A DNA stretch of 32,000 nucleotides from Gemmata obscuriglobus. Lineage in GTDB: Bacteria; Planctomycetota; Planctomycetia; Gemmatales; Gemmataceae. Shown one piece after another: positions 24,911 to 32,000 of the stretch. Both the position numbers and the translations under genes were made by a program. Location of the stretch: contig NZ_CP042911.1 in assembly GCF_008065095.1 (NCBI RefSeq), forward strand, positions 8,640,001-8,672,000. Reading direction: 5' to 3'. The first letter of the stretch is position 1. Every line of letters starts with the position of its first letter. The notes beneath the pieces were generated by a model that did no database searches, was not told where the DNA came from, and was given only the letters and a program-made list of their open reading frames with translations.

Positions 24911-24936
24911 GGCGAGCGGGGCGGGCGCCCCGCTCG
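24911..24936. terminator. Hairpin between convergent genes (small membrane ORF and icd)
   Basis: 11-bp perfect stem GCGAGCGGGGC (24911-24921) / GCCCCGCTCGC (24926-24936) with a 4-nt loop, located between two convergent stop codons. No U-tract. Confidence 0.4.
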
Positions 24937-24947
24937 CGCCGGCGGCG

Positions 24948-26177
24948 TCACGCCATCCGCGACTTCAGTTCGGCGTCCACGGCGTCGAGGTACTCTTCAG
25001 TGGTGAGGTACGGCGTCTTGTCCCCGATCAGGAGGGCGAGGTCCTTGGTCATCTTCCCGCCCTCGACCAGATCGACGCACACCTTCTCGACCGTCTCGGC
25101 GAACGTCACGACGTCCGGCGTGCCGTCCATCTTGCCCCGGTAGATCAGCCCGCGGGTCCAGGCGTAGATGCTCGCGATCGGGTTCGTGCTGGTCGGCCGC
25201 CCCTTCTGGTGTTCGCGGTAGTGCCGCGTCACCGTGCCGTGCGCCGCTTCGGCCTCGACCGTCTTGCCGTCCGGCGTCGTCAGCACCGAGGTCATCAGCC
25301 CGAGCGAGCCGTACCCCTGCGCGACGGTGTCACTCTGCACGTCCCCGTCGTAGTTCTTGCACGCCCACAGGTAGCCGCCGTTCCACTTCAGGTTCGCGGC
25401 CACCATGTCGTCGATCAGCCGGTGCTCGTAGGTGAGTTTCTTCGCCTCGAACTGCGACTTGAACTCGGCGTCGAACACCTCCTGGAACAGGTTCTTGAAC
25501 CGGCCGTCGTAGACCTTCAGGATGGTGTTCTTGGTGCTGAGGTACACGGCGTAGTCGCGGTTCAGCCCGTAGTTGAAGCACGCCCGCGCGAACCCGCGGA
25601 TGCTGTCGTCGAGGTTGTACATCGCGAGCGTGACGCCGCCGCTCGGCGCCTTGAACACCTCCTTCTCGACCGGCGGGCCGCCGTCGGCGGGGGTGTAGGT
25701 GAGCTTCACCGTGCCGGCGCCCGGGAACAGGATCTCGCTCGCCTTGTACTGGTCGCCGAACCCGTGGCGGGCGACCACGACCGGCTTGTCCCAGTGCTTC
25801 ACCAGACGGGGCACGTTCGAGCACACGATGGGCTCGCGGAAGATGGTGCCGTTGAGGATGTTCCGGATGGTGCCGTTGGGCGACGGGTACATCCGCTTGA
25901 GGTTGAACTCCTTGACGCGGGCCTCGTCCGGCGTGATGGTGGCGCACTTCACCGCGACGCCGTACTGCTTGGTGGCCTCGGCGCTCTCGAACGTGACCTT
26001 GTCGTCGGTCTGGTCGCGGTACTCGATCCCGAGGTCGAAGTATTTGAGGTCGATGTCGAGGTACGGGAGGATGAGCTTCTCGCGGATCTTCTGCCAGATG
26101 ATGCGGGTCATCTCGTCGCCGTCCATCTCGACGACGGGGTTCTTCACCTTGATCTTGGCCACGGGGAACGGCTCCAA
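24948..26177 (-). CDS. icd: NADP-dependent isocitrate dehydrogenase, type II (eukaryote-like homodimeric)
   Basis: [97 protein letters not shown]. About 409 aa, as expected for this subfamily. Confidence 0.92.
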   Translation of the reverse strand: MEPFPVAKIKVKNPVVEMDGDEMTRIIWQKIREKLILPYLDIDLKYFDLGIEYRDQTDDKVTFESAEATKQYGVAVKCATITPDEARVKEFNLKRMYPSPNGTIRNILNGTIFREPIVCSNVPRLVKHWDKPVVVARHGFGDQYKASEILFPGAGTVKLTYTPADGGPPVEKEVFKAPSGGVTLAMYNLDDSIRGFARACFNYGLNRDYAVYLSTKNTILKVYDGRFKNLFQEVFDAEFKSQFEAKKLTYEHRLIDDMVAANLKWNGGYLWACKNYDGDVQSDTVAQGYGSLGLMTSVLTTPDGKTVEAEAAHGTVTRHYREHQKGRPTSTNPIASIYAWTRGLIYRGKMDGTPDVVTFAETVEKVCVDLVEGGKMTKDLALLIGDKTPYLTTEEYLDAVDAELKSRMA

Positions 26178-26379
26178 AGGGTAACGAGCGGACGGCGTGA
26201 AGCGGCTAGTTTATCCGTGGCGCGGTGAGGTGAACAGAAGGCCCCGGCGCTTCGGGGCGGGCCGGTTCTCGGGCGGGTGACCGAGCGCGATGTGCCGCGC
26301 TCCGCCTGGGTCGGGCTGGTTGGCATCAAACGGGAACTTCATGGGGCAATCGGGGCGGGAAAGTGAGAGGCCCAGCAGG

Positions 26380-26427
26380 GCACGCGAGCGTGGCCGGCTC
26401 GACGCACGCGAGCGGGGCCGGTTAGAC
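26380..26427. repeat. 2 x 24-bp tandem direct repeat overlapping the mazF stop codon
   Basis: GCACGCGAGCGTGGCCGGCTCGAC (26380-26403) followed by GCACGCGAGCGGGGCCGGTTAGAC (26404-26427), 21/24 identical. Confidence 0.85.
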
Positions 26428-26712
26428 GGCGCCCAGCCGGCGGATGAGCCGGTCCTTGCTGACCGCGCGCACCTGATCGCACAGAACCACGCTCGGCATC
26501 GTCAGCCCGCCTTCCGGCGGGTCAAGCGGAATGTGGGTCGGGAGGGCGTACTTCTTCTTCGACGTGACCGGCAGGACCACGACCAGTTCCGCCTTGCTGC
26601 TGTTGAAGGCGTCCACGCTCAAGATCAGCGCCGGCCGCGTGCCCTGCTGCTCGTGCCCCCGCACCGGGGACAGGTCGAGCATCCACACCTCTCCGCGGAC
26701 CGGGGCCGTCAT
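26422..26712 (-). CDS. mazF: PemK/MazF-family endoribonuclease toxin (96 aa)
   Basis: MTAPVRGEVWMLDLSPVRGHEQQGTRPALILSVDAFN...VVLPVTS...LCDQVRAVSKDRL matches the MazF pattern (GDIW.VDF.P..GHEQ.G.RPALVLS). GGAG lies 7 nt upstream of ATG 26712. Confidence 0.8.
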   Translation of the reverse strand: MTAPVRGEVWMLDLSPVRGHEQQGTRPALILSVDAFNSSKAELVVVLPVTSKKKYALPTHIPLDPPEGGLTMPSVVLCDQVRAVSKDRLIRRLGAV

Positions 26713-26890
26713 CAGCTTCTCCCGTGGGCGCCGGAAGTTCGTCCGCGAGCGTCGCGTCCCAGTGCGCCCGCTCGGCGCGCTCCTCGGCGAGCGCGTCGGG
26801 GGCCGCGGCCAGGGCCTCGTAGCCCGCAACGACCGCGCGCAGAAGCGCCTGTTCGCGTTCGGTCGCGTCGGTCGGTGGTTCGTGCGGCAT
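26522..26890 (-). CDS. Putative cognate antitoxin (unclassified); 3' end uncertain
   Basis: ORF immediately upstream of mazF. The first ~55 aa are helical and acidic (MPHEPPTDATEREQALLRAVVAGYEALAAAPDALAEERAERAHWDATLADEL). There is no stop near the toxin start, so the ORF runs 191 nt into mazF in another frame. Confidence 0.4.
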   Translation of the reverse strand: MPHEPPTDATEREQALLRAVVAGYEALAAAPDALAEERAERAHWDATLADELPAPTGEADDGPGPRRGVDARPVPGAGARAAGHAAGADLERGRLQQQQGGTGRGPAGHVEEEVRPPDPHSA

Positions 26891-26961
26891 GAGGTCGCCT
26901 TATCGCGGTAGGTGTCCCTTCCATCATCTCCGGTCCGCGGGCCGGCGCAAAGGCCGAACCG

Positions 26962-27234
26962 TCACACGGTTCTCAGCCGGCACTGGAGCGCGCGGTTCGC
27001 GGCGAGCGTGTCGTCCAGGGCTGCGTCGAGGCAGACGAACAGGTCGTTGGGCGTCAGGCTCAGTTGCTTCGCGATGTCGGGCGCGAGTTGAGCGTCCGGG
27101 CACAGCCGGAACGACCGCAGAGGGTTGCGTCGGACAGATAGTTTGGTTAGCGACGTACCGAAAAGCAACGGCTTCCCCGCGACAACGTAATCGCCGAATT
27201 CGCGGCGTCGCACGGACAGGAATGTCTGCCCCAC
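26962..27234 (-). CDS. Possible small DUF433-like protein (weak)
   Basis: DYVVAGKPLLFGTSLTKLSV...LSLTPNDLFVCLDAALDD loosely resembles the DUF433 pattern (GKP.I.GTRI ... LT.EDI.AAL). GTG starts are possible at 27234 or 27213. The upstream part of the 207-aa ORF has poor coding character. Confidence 0.3.
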   Translation of the reverse strand: MGQTFLSVRRREFGDYVVAGKPLLFGTSLTKLSVRRNPLRSFRLCPDAQLAPDIAKQLSLTPNDLFVCLDAALDDTLAANRALQCRLRTV

Positions 27235-27414
27235 AAAGACATCAGACAGGAACGGACGCCAGCAACCGGACCGTGAATGAAAGACCGACTCCCCGCTCGC
27301 GCCCGAACCGGACCCAGCCGGGTCGGTTCCCACTCGGAACCTGAAACAACTGTCGCGGACGGTGCTGCGGGCTGAAAATCGGACTGTGAAGAACGGATGG
27401 ACAGTTAGTGAAAG

Positions 27415-27480
27415 AGTAAAAAAGAAGTGGGGCACGGGATTCGGCGGGGGGACTCGCATACCCCCGCTATTCCCGTGCCC
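27415..27480 (-). terminator. Strong Rho-independent terminator on the minus strand
   Basis: 10-bp outer stem GGGCACGGGA (27430-27439) / TCCCGTGCCC (27471-27480) plus 7-bp inner stem GCGGGGG (27444-27450) / CCCCCGC (27461-27467). On the minus strand it is followed by CACTTCTTTTTTAC. Confidence 0.7.
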
Positions 27481-28196
27481 ATGTTTGGTGGGGAAGATCT
27501 TACCTGAGCCGGGACTCGCAAACCGGCTCGACACACTAAAAAGCACGCGATGTGCCAATTGCGCCGTGTGGAATTCGCGAATCACTTAACCAGTTGAATC
27601 TTAACGCCTTACGCTGAGAAATTATTGCGTGACCAGTGGTGGAAACGGGATGACCACCCGTTTTGACCGGCTTTTCGCGTTGTTTCAATACAGGCCGTGT
27701 GCGATCCTGCAAATTGACTCAACGAAAAGACAGAACCTGACGCAAGCTGCGCGCCCCCCTCCGTCCCCGCGGGCAGATCGTGACGCACCTGGACTGAACG
27801 GTGTCGGGCAAGCGTTAACCGACAACAGTCGAGGGCCGTCCACATGATTCCAAATAGAGCTGTTTTGATCCGGTAAATCCTGTCAAAACCGGCCTTCATG
27901 AACGCAAGGCCCGCGTGGGCCGAAACGAAGCGAAACCACGACAGCCGCCCATTCCGCCACCGTTTCTTGGACGCCGCCCCAGTGCCGTGCCATCCCCTGG
28001 GTTTACGTCCTCAAGGTGTACCTCCAGTACACCTGCGACCGACAGCAGTCGCACCCGCGCAACGCCGAATTCCCGCAATCCACCAATGCGGCGGATATCG
28101 GCACCACCGAAGCGGAACAAGCCACCCGAAATACACCGGAGCGGCCCACCGTTTGCGTTCGCTTTACGGCGCGGCTGTACTGCGCGGAGGCACTTC

Positions 28197-28643
28197 ATGA
28201 TCGACTCAATTGCGAGCGGAGCGGCCGGGGCGGTAGCGCTTACCCTGGCCCACGAGGCGACCCGTTGCACCGTGGCCGACGCACCGCGAATGGACGTGCT
28301 CGGCAAGCGGGCGCTCGCGGCCGGCCTTCGCGCGGCCGATGTCGCACCGCCGGGGGAACCTGCCATGCACGCCGTCACGCTCGCAGGCGACCTCGCCTCG
28401 AACGGCGCGTACTACGCACTGGTCGGCCTGGGCGGGGCGGACGGAGCGGTCACCCGCGGCGCGCTGCTGGGGCTGGCGGCGGGATTAGGCGCGGTGTTCT
28501 TACCCGGCCCGCTCGGTTTAGGCACCGCGCCGAGCCGCCGAACCTCGCGTACCGCTCTCATGACGGTTGGGTTGTACGCCCTGGGCGGGCTCGTGGCCGG
28601 CGCGACCTTCGGGGCGCTCGCGGACCGCCGCGCCGGCCGTTAA
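28197..28643 (+). CDS. Hypothetical Gly/Ala-rich membrane protein (148 aa)
   Basis: MIDSIASGAAGAVALTLAHE...AYYALVGLGG...LLGLAAGLGAVFLPGPLGLG...LMTVGLYALGGLVAGATFGAL. GGAGG lies 7 nt upstream of ATG 28197. No family recognised. Confidence 0.5.
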   Translation: MIDSIASGAAGAVALTLAHEATRCTVADAPRMDVLGKRALAAGLRAADVAPPGEPAMHAVTLAGDLASNGAYYALVGLGGADGAVTRGALLGLAAGLGAVFLPGPLGLGTAPSRRTSRTALMTVGLYALGGLVAGATFGALADRRAGR

Positions 28644-28698
28644 TTTGCGCCCGCGGCTGCGGTTCACGACGGGCGCCATACACGGGTGGAGCAAGTCG

Positions 28699-29739
28699 GT
28701 GTCTGAAGATCTGATTTCACTCACCGACGACGGGTTGTACTGCCCGGCCGGCGGGTTCCACATCGACCCGTGGAACCCGGTGCCGCGGGCGGTGGTCACC
28801 CACGCCCACACCGATCATGCCCGCTGGGGGTGCGGCCATTATTTGGCCGCCGCGCCCGGTTCGCACCTGCTCCACACCCGCCTGGGCGCGACGGCCGACA
28901 TCGCAACCGTGCCGTACGGCCAGCCGACTGAGCACAATGGGGTTCACGTCTCCTTTCACCCCGCCGGACACGTTCTCGGTTCGGCACAGGTGCGGGTGGA
29001 GTACCGCGGCGAAGTGTGGGTCGTCACCGGCGACTACAAACTCGACCCGGACCCGACCTGTCAGCCGTTCGAGCCGCTCCGCTGCCACACGTTCATCACC
29101 GAATCGACGTTCGGCCTGCCCATTTACCGCTGGGAAACCCCTGATGTGCTGTTCGGCGGTGTGAACGCCTGGTGGGCGGCGAACAAAGCGGCCGGCAAGT
29201 GCAGCATCGTGTACGCGTACGCGCTCGGGAAGTCACAACGGGTCATGGCCGGTGTCGATCCGTCTATCGGCCCGATCTTCACGCACGGCGCGGTCGAGAA
29301 GGTGACCCGCGCGTACCGCGAGAGTGGGGTGTTGCTCCCGCCCACGGTGCCGGTGAGCGAGGTGACCACCGGACGGGGGAAAGCGAAACCGTGGGCCGGC
29401 GCGCTGGTGCTCGCGCCGCCGTCGGCGGCCGGTTCGCCCTGGGCGCGCAAGTTCGAGCCCGCGTCCGAGGCGGTGGCGAGCGGCTGGGCGCGGGTCCGCG
29501 GGGCGCGGCGGCGCAAGGCCGTGGACCGCGGGTTCGTGCTATCCGATCACGCCGACTGGCCCGGCCTCCTGACGGCGGTGCGCGAGTCCGGCGCGTCCCG
29601 GGTTCTGGCGACGCACGGGTTCGCGGCCGAACTGGCTCGTTACTTGCGCGAGGGCGGGCTCGACGCCGGGGTGATCGCCACGCGCTACGGCGACGAAGAA
29701 GAGGGCAGCGATTCGGGTAAGCAGGAGGTAGAAGGGTGA
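28699..29739 (+). CDS. Ligase-associated DNA damage response exonuclease (MBL/beta-CASP fold)
   Basis: LISLTDDGLYCPAGGFHIDPWNPVPRAVVTHAHTDHARWG, FHPAGHVLGSAQV, VTGDYK, ESTFG, VLSDHADW. It overlaps the ligase start by 4 nt. The GTG 28699 start is chosen by homology expectation and is approximate. Confidence 0.8.
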   Translation: MSEDLISLTDDGLYCPAGGFHIDPWNPVPRAVVTHAHTDHARWGCGHYLAAAPGSHLLHTRLGATADIATVPYGQPTEHNGVHVSFHPAGHVLGSAQVRVEYRGEVWVVTGDYKLDPDPTCQPFEPLRCHTFITESTFGLPIYRWETPDVLFGGVNAWWAANKAAGKCSIVYAYALGKSQRVMAGVDPSIGPIFTHGAVEKVTRAYRESGVLLPPTVPVSEVTTGRGKAKPWAGALVLAPPSAAGSPWARKFEPASEAVASGWARVRGARRRKAVDRGFVLSDHADWPGLLTAVRESGASRVLATHGFAAELARYLREGGLDAGVIATRYGDEEEGSDSGKQEVEG

Positions 29740-31388
29740 AAGCGTTCGCCGACCTGTACGCGGCGCTGGACGAGACCACCCGCACCGCCGAGAAGACCGC
29801 GGCGATGGCCCGCTACTTCGCCGCCGCGCCGCCGGCCGACGCCGCGTGGGCGGTCTACTTCCTTAGCGGTCGTAAGCCGCGGCAGGCCGTGCCGTCGAAG
29901 CGGTTGCGGCTGTGGGCGCGGGAACTCGCCGGCGTGCCCGAGTGGCTGTTTGACGACTGCTACCACCACGTCGGCGATGTGGCCGAAACGATCGCACTAC
30001 TACTGCCGCCCGCTGCCGCCGCGAGTACCCGACCGCTGGCCGACTGGGTCGAGAACCGGCTGCTGCCGCTCCGCGCCATGGACGAACCGGACCAGCGCGC
30101 AGCGGCGGTGGCGGCGTGGGACGAGTTGGACGAGCGGCAGCGGTTCGTGTGGAACAAGCTCATCACGGGCGAGTTCCGCGTCGGGGTGTCGCAACTGCTG
30201 GTGGTGCGGGCGCTGGCGCAGGTGAGCGGGCTCCCGACCGACACCGTGTCGCACCGGCTCATGGGCGCGTGGGAACCGACGCCCGCCTTCTACACCGCCC
30301 TAGTGGCGCCCGACTCGGGCGACGCCGACGTGAGCCGCCCGTACCCGTTCTTCCTCGCGCACCCGCTCGAAGGTAAGCCGGCCGCGCTCGGTTCGCCGGA
30401 CGAGTGGCAGGCCGAGTGGAAGTGGGACGGCATCCGCGCGCAAGTGGTGCGCCGCGGGGGCCGATCGTTCGTGTGGTCCCGGGGCGAGGAGTTGGTCACC
30501 GACCGTTACCCTGAACTGGCGGCGCTCGCCGCGGCGCTGCCGGACGGCACCGTGATCGACGGCGAAATCCTGCCGTGGAAGAGGCAGGAGGGGGTCACGG
30601 GGGAACCCGCGGGGGGTTCCCCCGAATTCGGAGGCACAGTGCTCCCGTTCGGCGAGCTGCAAAAGCGCATCGGCCGCAAGACGCTCTCAAAGAAGTTGCT
30701 TGAAGACGTGCCCGCAGTGCTCATGGCCTACGACCTCGTGGAGGAGGCCGGGGCGGATCTGCGCGAGCGCCCGCTCTCGGAGCGCCGCGCACGGCTCGAG
30801 GCGCTCGCGGCCCGCGCCCCGCACCCCGCGCTGCGGTTGTCCCCGCGGCTGGCGTTCGACTCGTGGGAATCGCTCGCGACCGAGCGCCGGGGCAGTCGGG
30901 CGCGGGGCGTCGAGGGGATGATGCTGAAGCGCCGCGCGGCCCCGTACCGCGTGGGGCGGGTGCGCGGCGACTGGTGGAAGTGGAAGGTCGAGCCGTTCGC
31001 GGTGGACGCGGTGCTCATCTACGCCCAGTCCGGGCACGGCAAGCGGAGCGGCCTCTACACCGACTACACGTTCGGCGTGTGGGACGGCGGGGCGCTGGTG
31101 CCGTTTGCCAAGGCGTACAGCGGGCTGACCGACGCCGAGATCCGCAAGGTGGACGCGTTCGTCCGCGCCAACACGCTGGAGAAGTTCGGCCCGGTCCGCA
31201 CGGTCAAGCCGGAACTCGTATTCGAGCTGGGGTTCGAGGGCATTCAGGCGTCGTCGCGGCACAAGAGCGGGGTGGCGGTGCGGTTCCCGCGGATGCTCCG
31301 CTGGCGGACGGACAAGAAGCCGGAAGAGGCGGACACGCTCGACCGCGTCAAGGGACTGCTGAACGTGCCGGCGGAGGGCGGGGCGTGA
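29736..31388 (+). CDS. ATP-dependent DNA ligase (ligase-associated damage response type)
   Basis: Adenylation motif [11 protein letters not shown] (KxDG), [28 protein letters not shown]. Preceded by the exonuclease and followed by the DEXH helicase, with overlapping stop/start codons. Confidence 0.9.
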   Translation: MKAFADLYAALDETTRTAEKTAAMARYFAAAPPADAAWAVYFLSGRKPRQAVPSKRLRLWARELAGVPEWLFDDCYHHVGDVAETIALLLPPAAAASTRPLADWVENRLLPLRAMDEPDQRAAAVAAWDELDERQRFVWNKLITGEFRVGVSQLLVVRALAQVSGLPTDTVSHRLMGAWEPTPAFYTALVAPDSGDADVSRPYPFFLAHPLEGKPAALGSPDEWQAEWKWDGIRAQVVRRGGRSFVWSRGEELVTDRYPELAALAAALPDGTVIDGEILPWKRQEGVTGEPAGGSPEFGGTVLPFGELQKRIGRKTLSKKLLEDVPAVLMAYDLVEEAGADLRERPLSERRARLEALAARAPHPALRLSPRLAFDSWESLATERRGSRARGVEGMMLKRRAAPYRVGRVRGDWWKWKVEPFAVDAVLIYAQSGHGKRSGLYTDYTFGVWDGGALVPFAKAYSGLTDAEIRKVDAFVRANTLEKFGPVRTVKPELVFELGFEGIQASSRHKSGVAVRFPRMLRWRTDKKPEEADTLDRVKGLLNVPAEGGA

Positions 31389-32000
31389 GAGGCATCCCGA
31401 AGCCCCCCCGCACCAAGACGCCGAAGCCGCGCCCGATCGACCCGGCGGAGGTGGTGCCGCCGGACGAGTGGTTCGCGCGCCGCGGGTGGGCACCGTTCCC
31501 GTTTCAACAAGAGACCTGGGCGGCGTACCGCGCCGGCGCGAGCGGGCTCGTTCACGCTTCCACCGGCACCGGTAAAACGTATGCGGCGTACTTCGGCCCT
31601 CTGTTCGAAGCGGTGAGCGAGCCCCCCGCGGTAACTCCTCCGCCGCTTCGCGTACTATGGGTCACCCCGCTTCGCGCGCTGTCGGCCGACACCGCACTGG
31701 CGCTTGAAGCGCCGCTCCGCCCGCTGGGGCTGAACTGGGATGTCGGGACGCGCACCGGCGACACGTCGGCCGCGGCCCGCACGCGGCAGCAGAAGCGGCT
31801 CCCCACGGTGCTCGTCACCACGCCCGAGAGCCTGTCGCTACTGCTGACCTACCCGGACGCGCGGGAGAAGTTCGCGGGCCTGCGGTGCGTCGTGTGCGAC
31901 GAGTGGCACGAGCTGTTCGGCTCGAAGCGCGGAGTGCTCACCGAACTCGCGCTCGCCCGCCTTCGCACGTTCTGCCCGCGCCTGCGGACCTGGGGGCTAT
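31385..32000 (+). CDS. Ligase-associated DEXH-box (Lhr-like) helicase, N-terminal part (truncated by window end)
   Basis: My own translation from GTG 31385: ...[31 protein letters not shown] (Walker A), [35 protein letters not shown] (DExH). Not in the ORF track because it runs off the window. Confidence 0.8.
   Translation, partial: MRGIPKPPRTKTPKPRPIDPAEVVPPDEWFARRGWAPFPFQQETWAAYRAGASGLVHASTGTGKTYAAYFGPLFEAVSEPPAVTPPPLRVLWVTPLRALSADTALALEAPLRPLGLNWDVGTRTGDTSAAARTRQQKRLPTVLVTTPESLSLLLTYPDAREKFAGLRCVVCDEWHELFGSKRGVLTELALARLRTFCPRLRTWGL

Noticed and set aside
27634-27662. TGGTGGA...ACGGG-ATGACCA-CCCGT resembling the reverse complement of a tRNA/tmRNA 3' end (CCA tail plus T-arm)
   Set aside because: On the minus strand the 7-nt loop is TGGTCAT, not a T-loop (TTCRANY). 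No acceptor-stem partner, tag reading frame or GGGG 5' end was found nearby.
27609-27899. 96-aa minus-strand ORF in the low-GC island
   Set aside because: Nearly half of its codons end in A or T, whereas confident genes here end almost always in G or C. It has no recognisable motifs and sits in a region better explained as non-coding.

Overview
High-GC bacterial chromosomal window. A TIGR03000-domain protein and a Tat-signal DUF1501 protein suggest Planctomycetota/Gemmata, but that is inference only. Bases 1-8250 are an insertion-sequence graveyard. It holds two diverged ISKra4-like elements, both with their transposase split at a homopolymer run. It also holds a complete 1257-bp ISH3/IS4-like IS with 17-bp TIRs and a GATTT target duplication, and a complete IS701-like IS with a GCCGGT target duplication. 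The IS701-like element splits a RecF/SMC-like ATPase gene, whose remainder is frameshifted and truncated. A second, decayed IS701-like copy lies at 13.45-14.9 kb. Housekeeping genes recognised: an unusually long (990 aa) K+-independent H+-pyrophosphatase, a class IV aminotransferase translationally coupled to an Rpn/DUF4351-like protein, queG, an ADP-ribosylglycohydrolase and an mqnE-like radical SAM enzyme. Also recognised: a GT4 glycosyltransferase, a tandem alpha/beta-hydrolase, type II NADP-isocitrate dehydrogenase, a mazF-like toxin module and the ligase-associated DNA damage response operon (exonuclease, ATP-dependent ligase, Lhr-like helicase, the last cut by the window end). The most unusual signal is a set of non-coding hairpin elements whose arms are built from 7-9 nt tandem units. 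One sits in frame inside queG. One abuts the mqnE ribosome-binding site. One is a 118-bp MITE-like element whose termini match the TIRs of the resident IS. A low-GC, apparently non-coding 0.55-kb island (27.34-27.9 kb) with a strong intrinsic terminator may encode an RNA. I found no tRNA, rRNA or CRISPR array.
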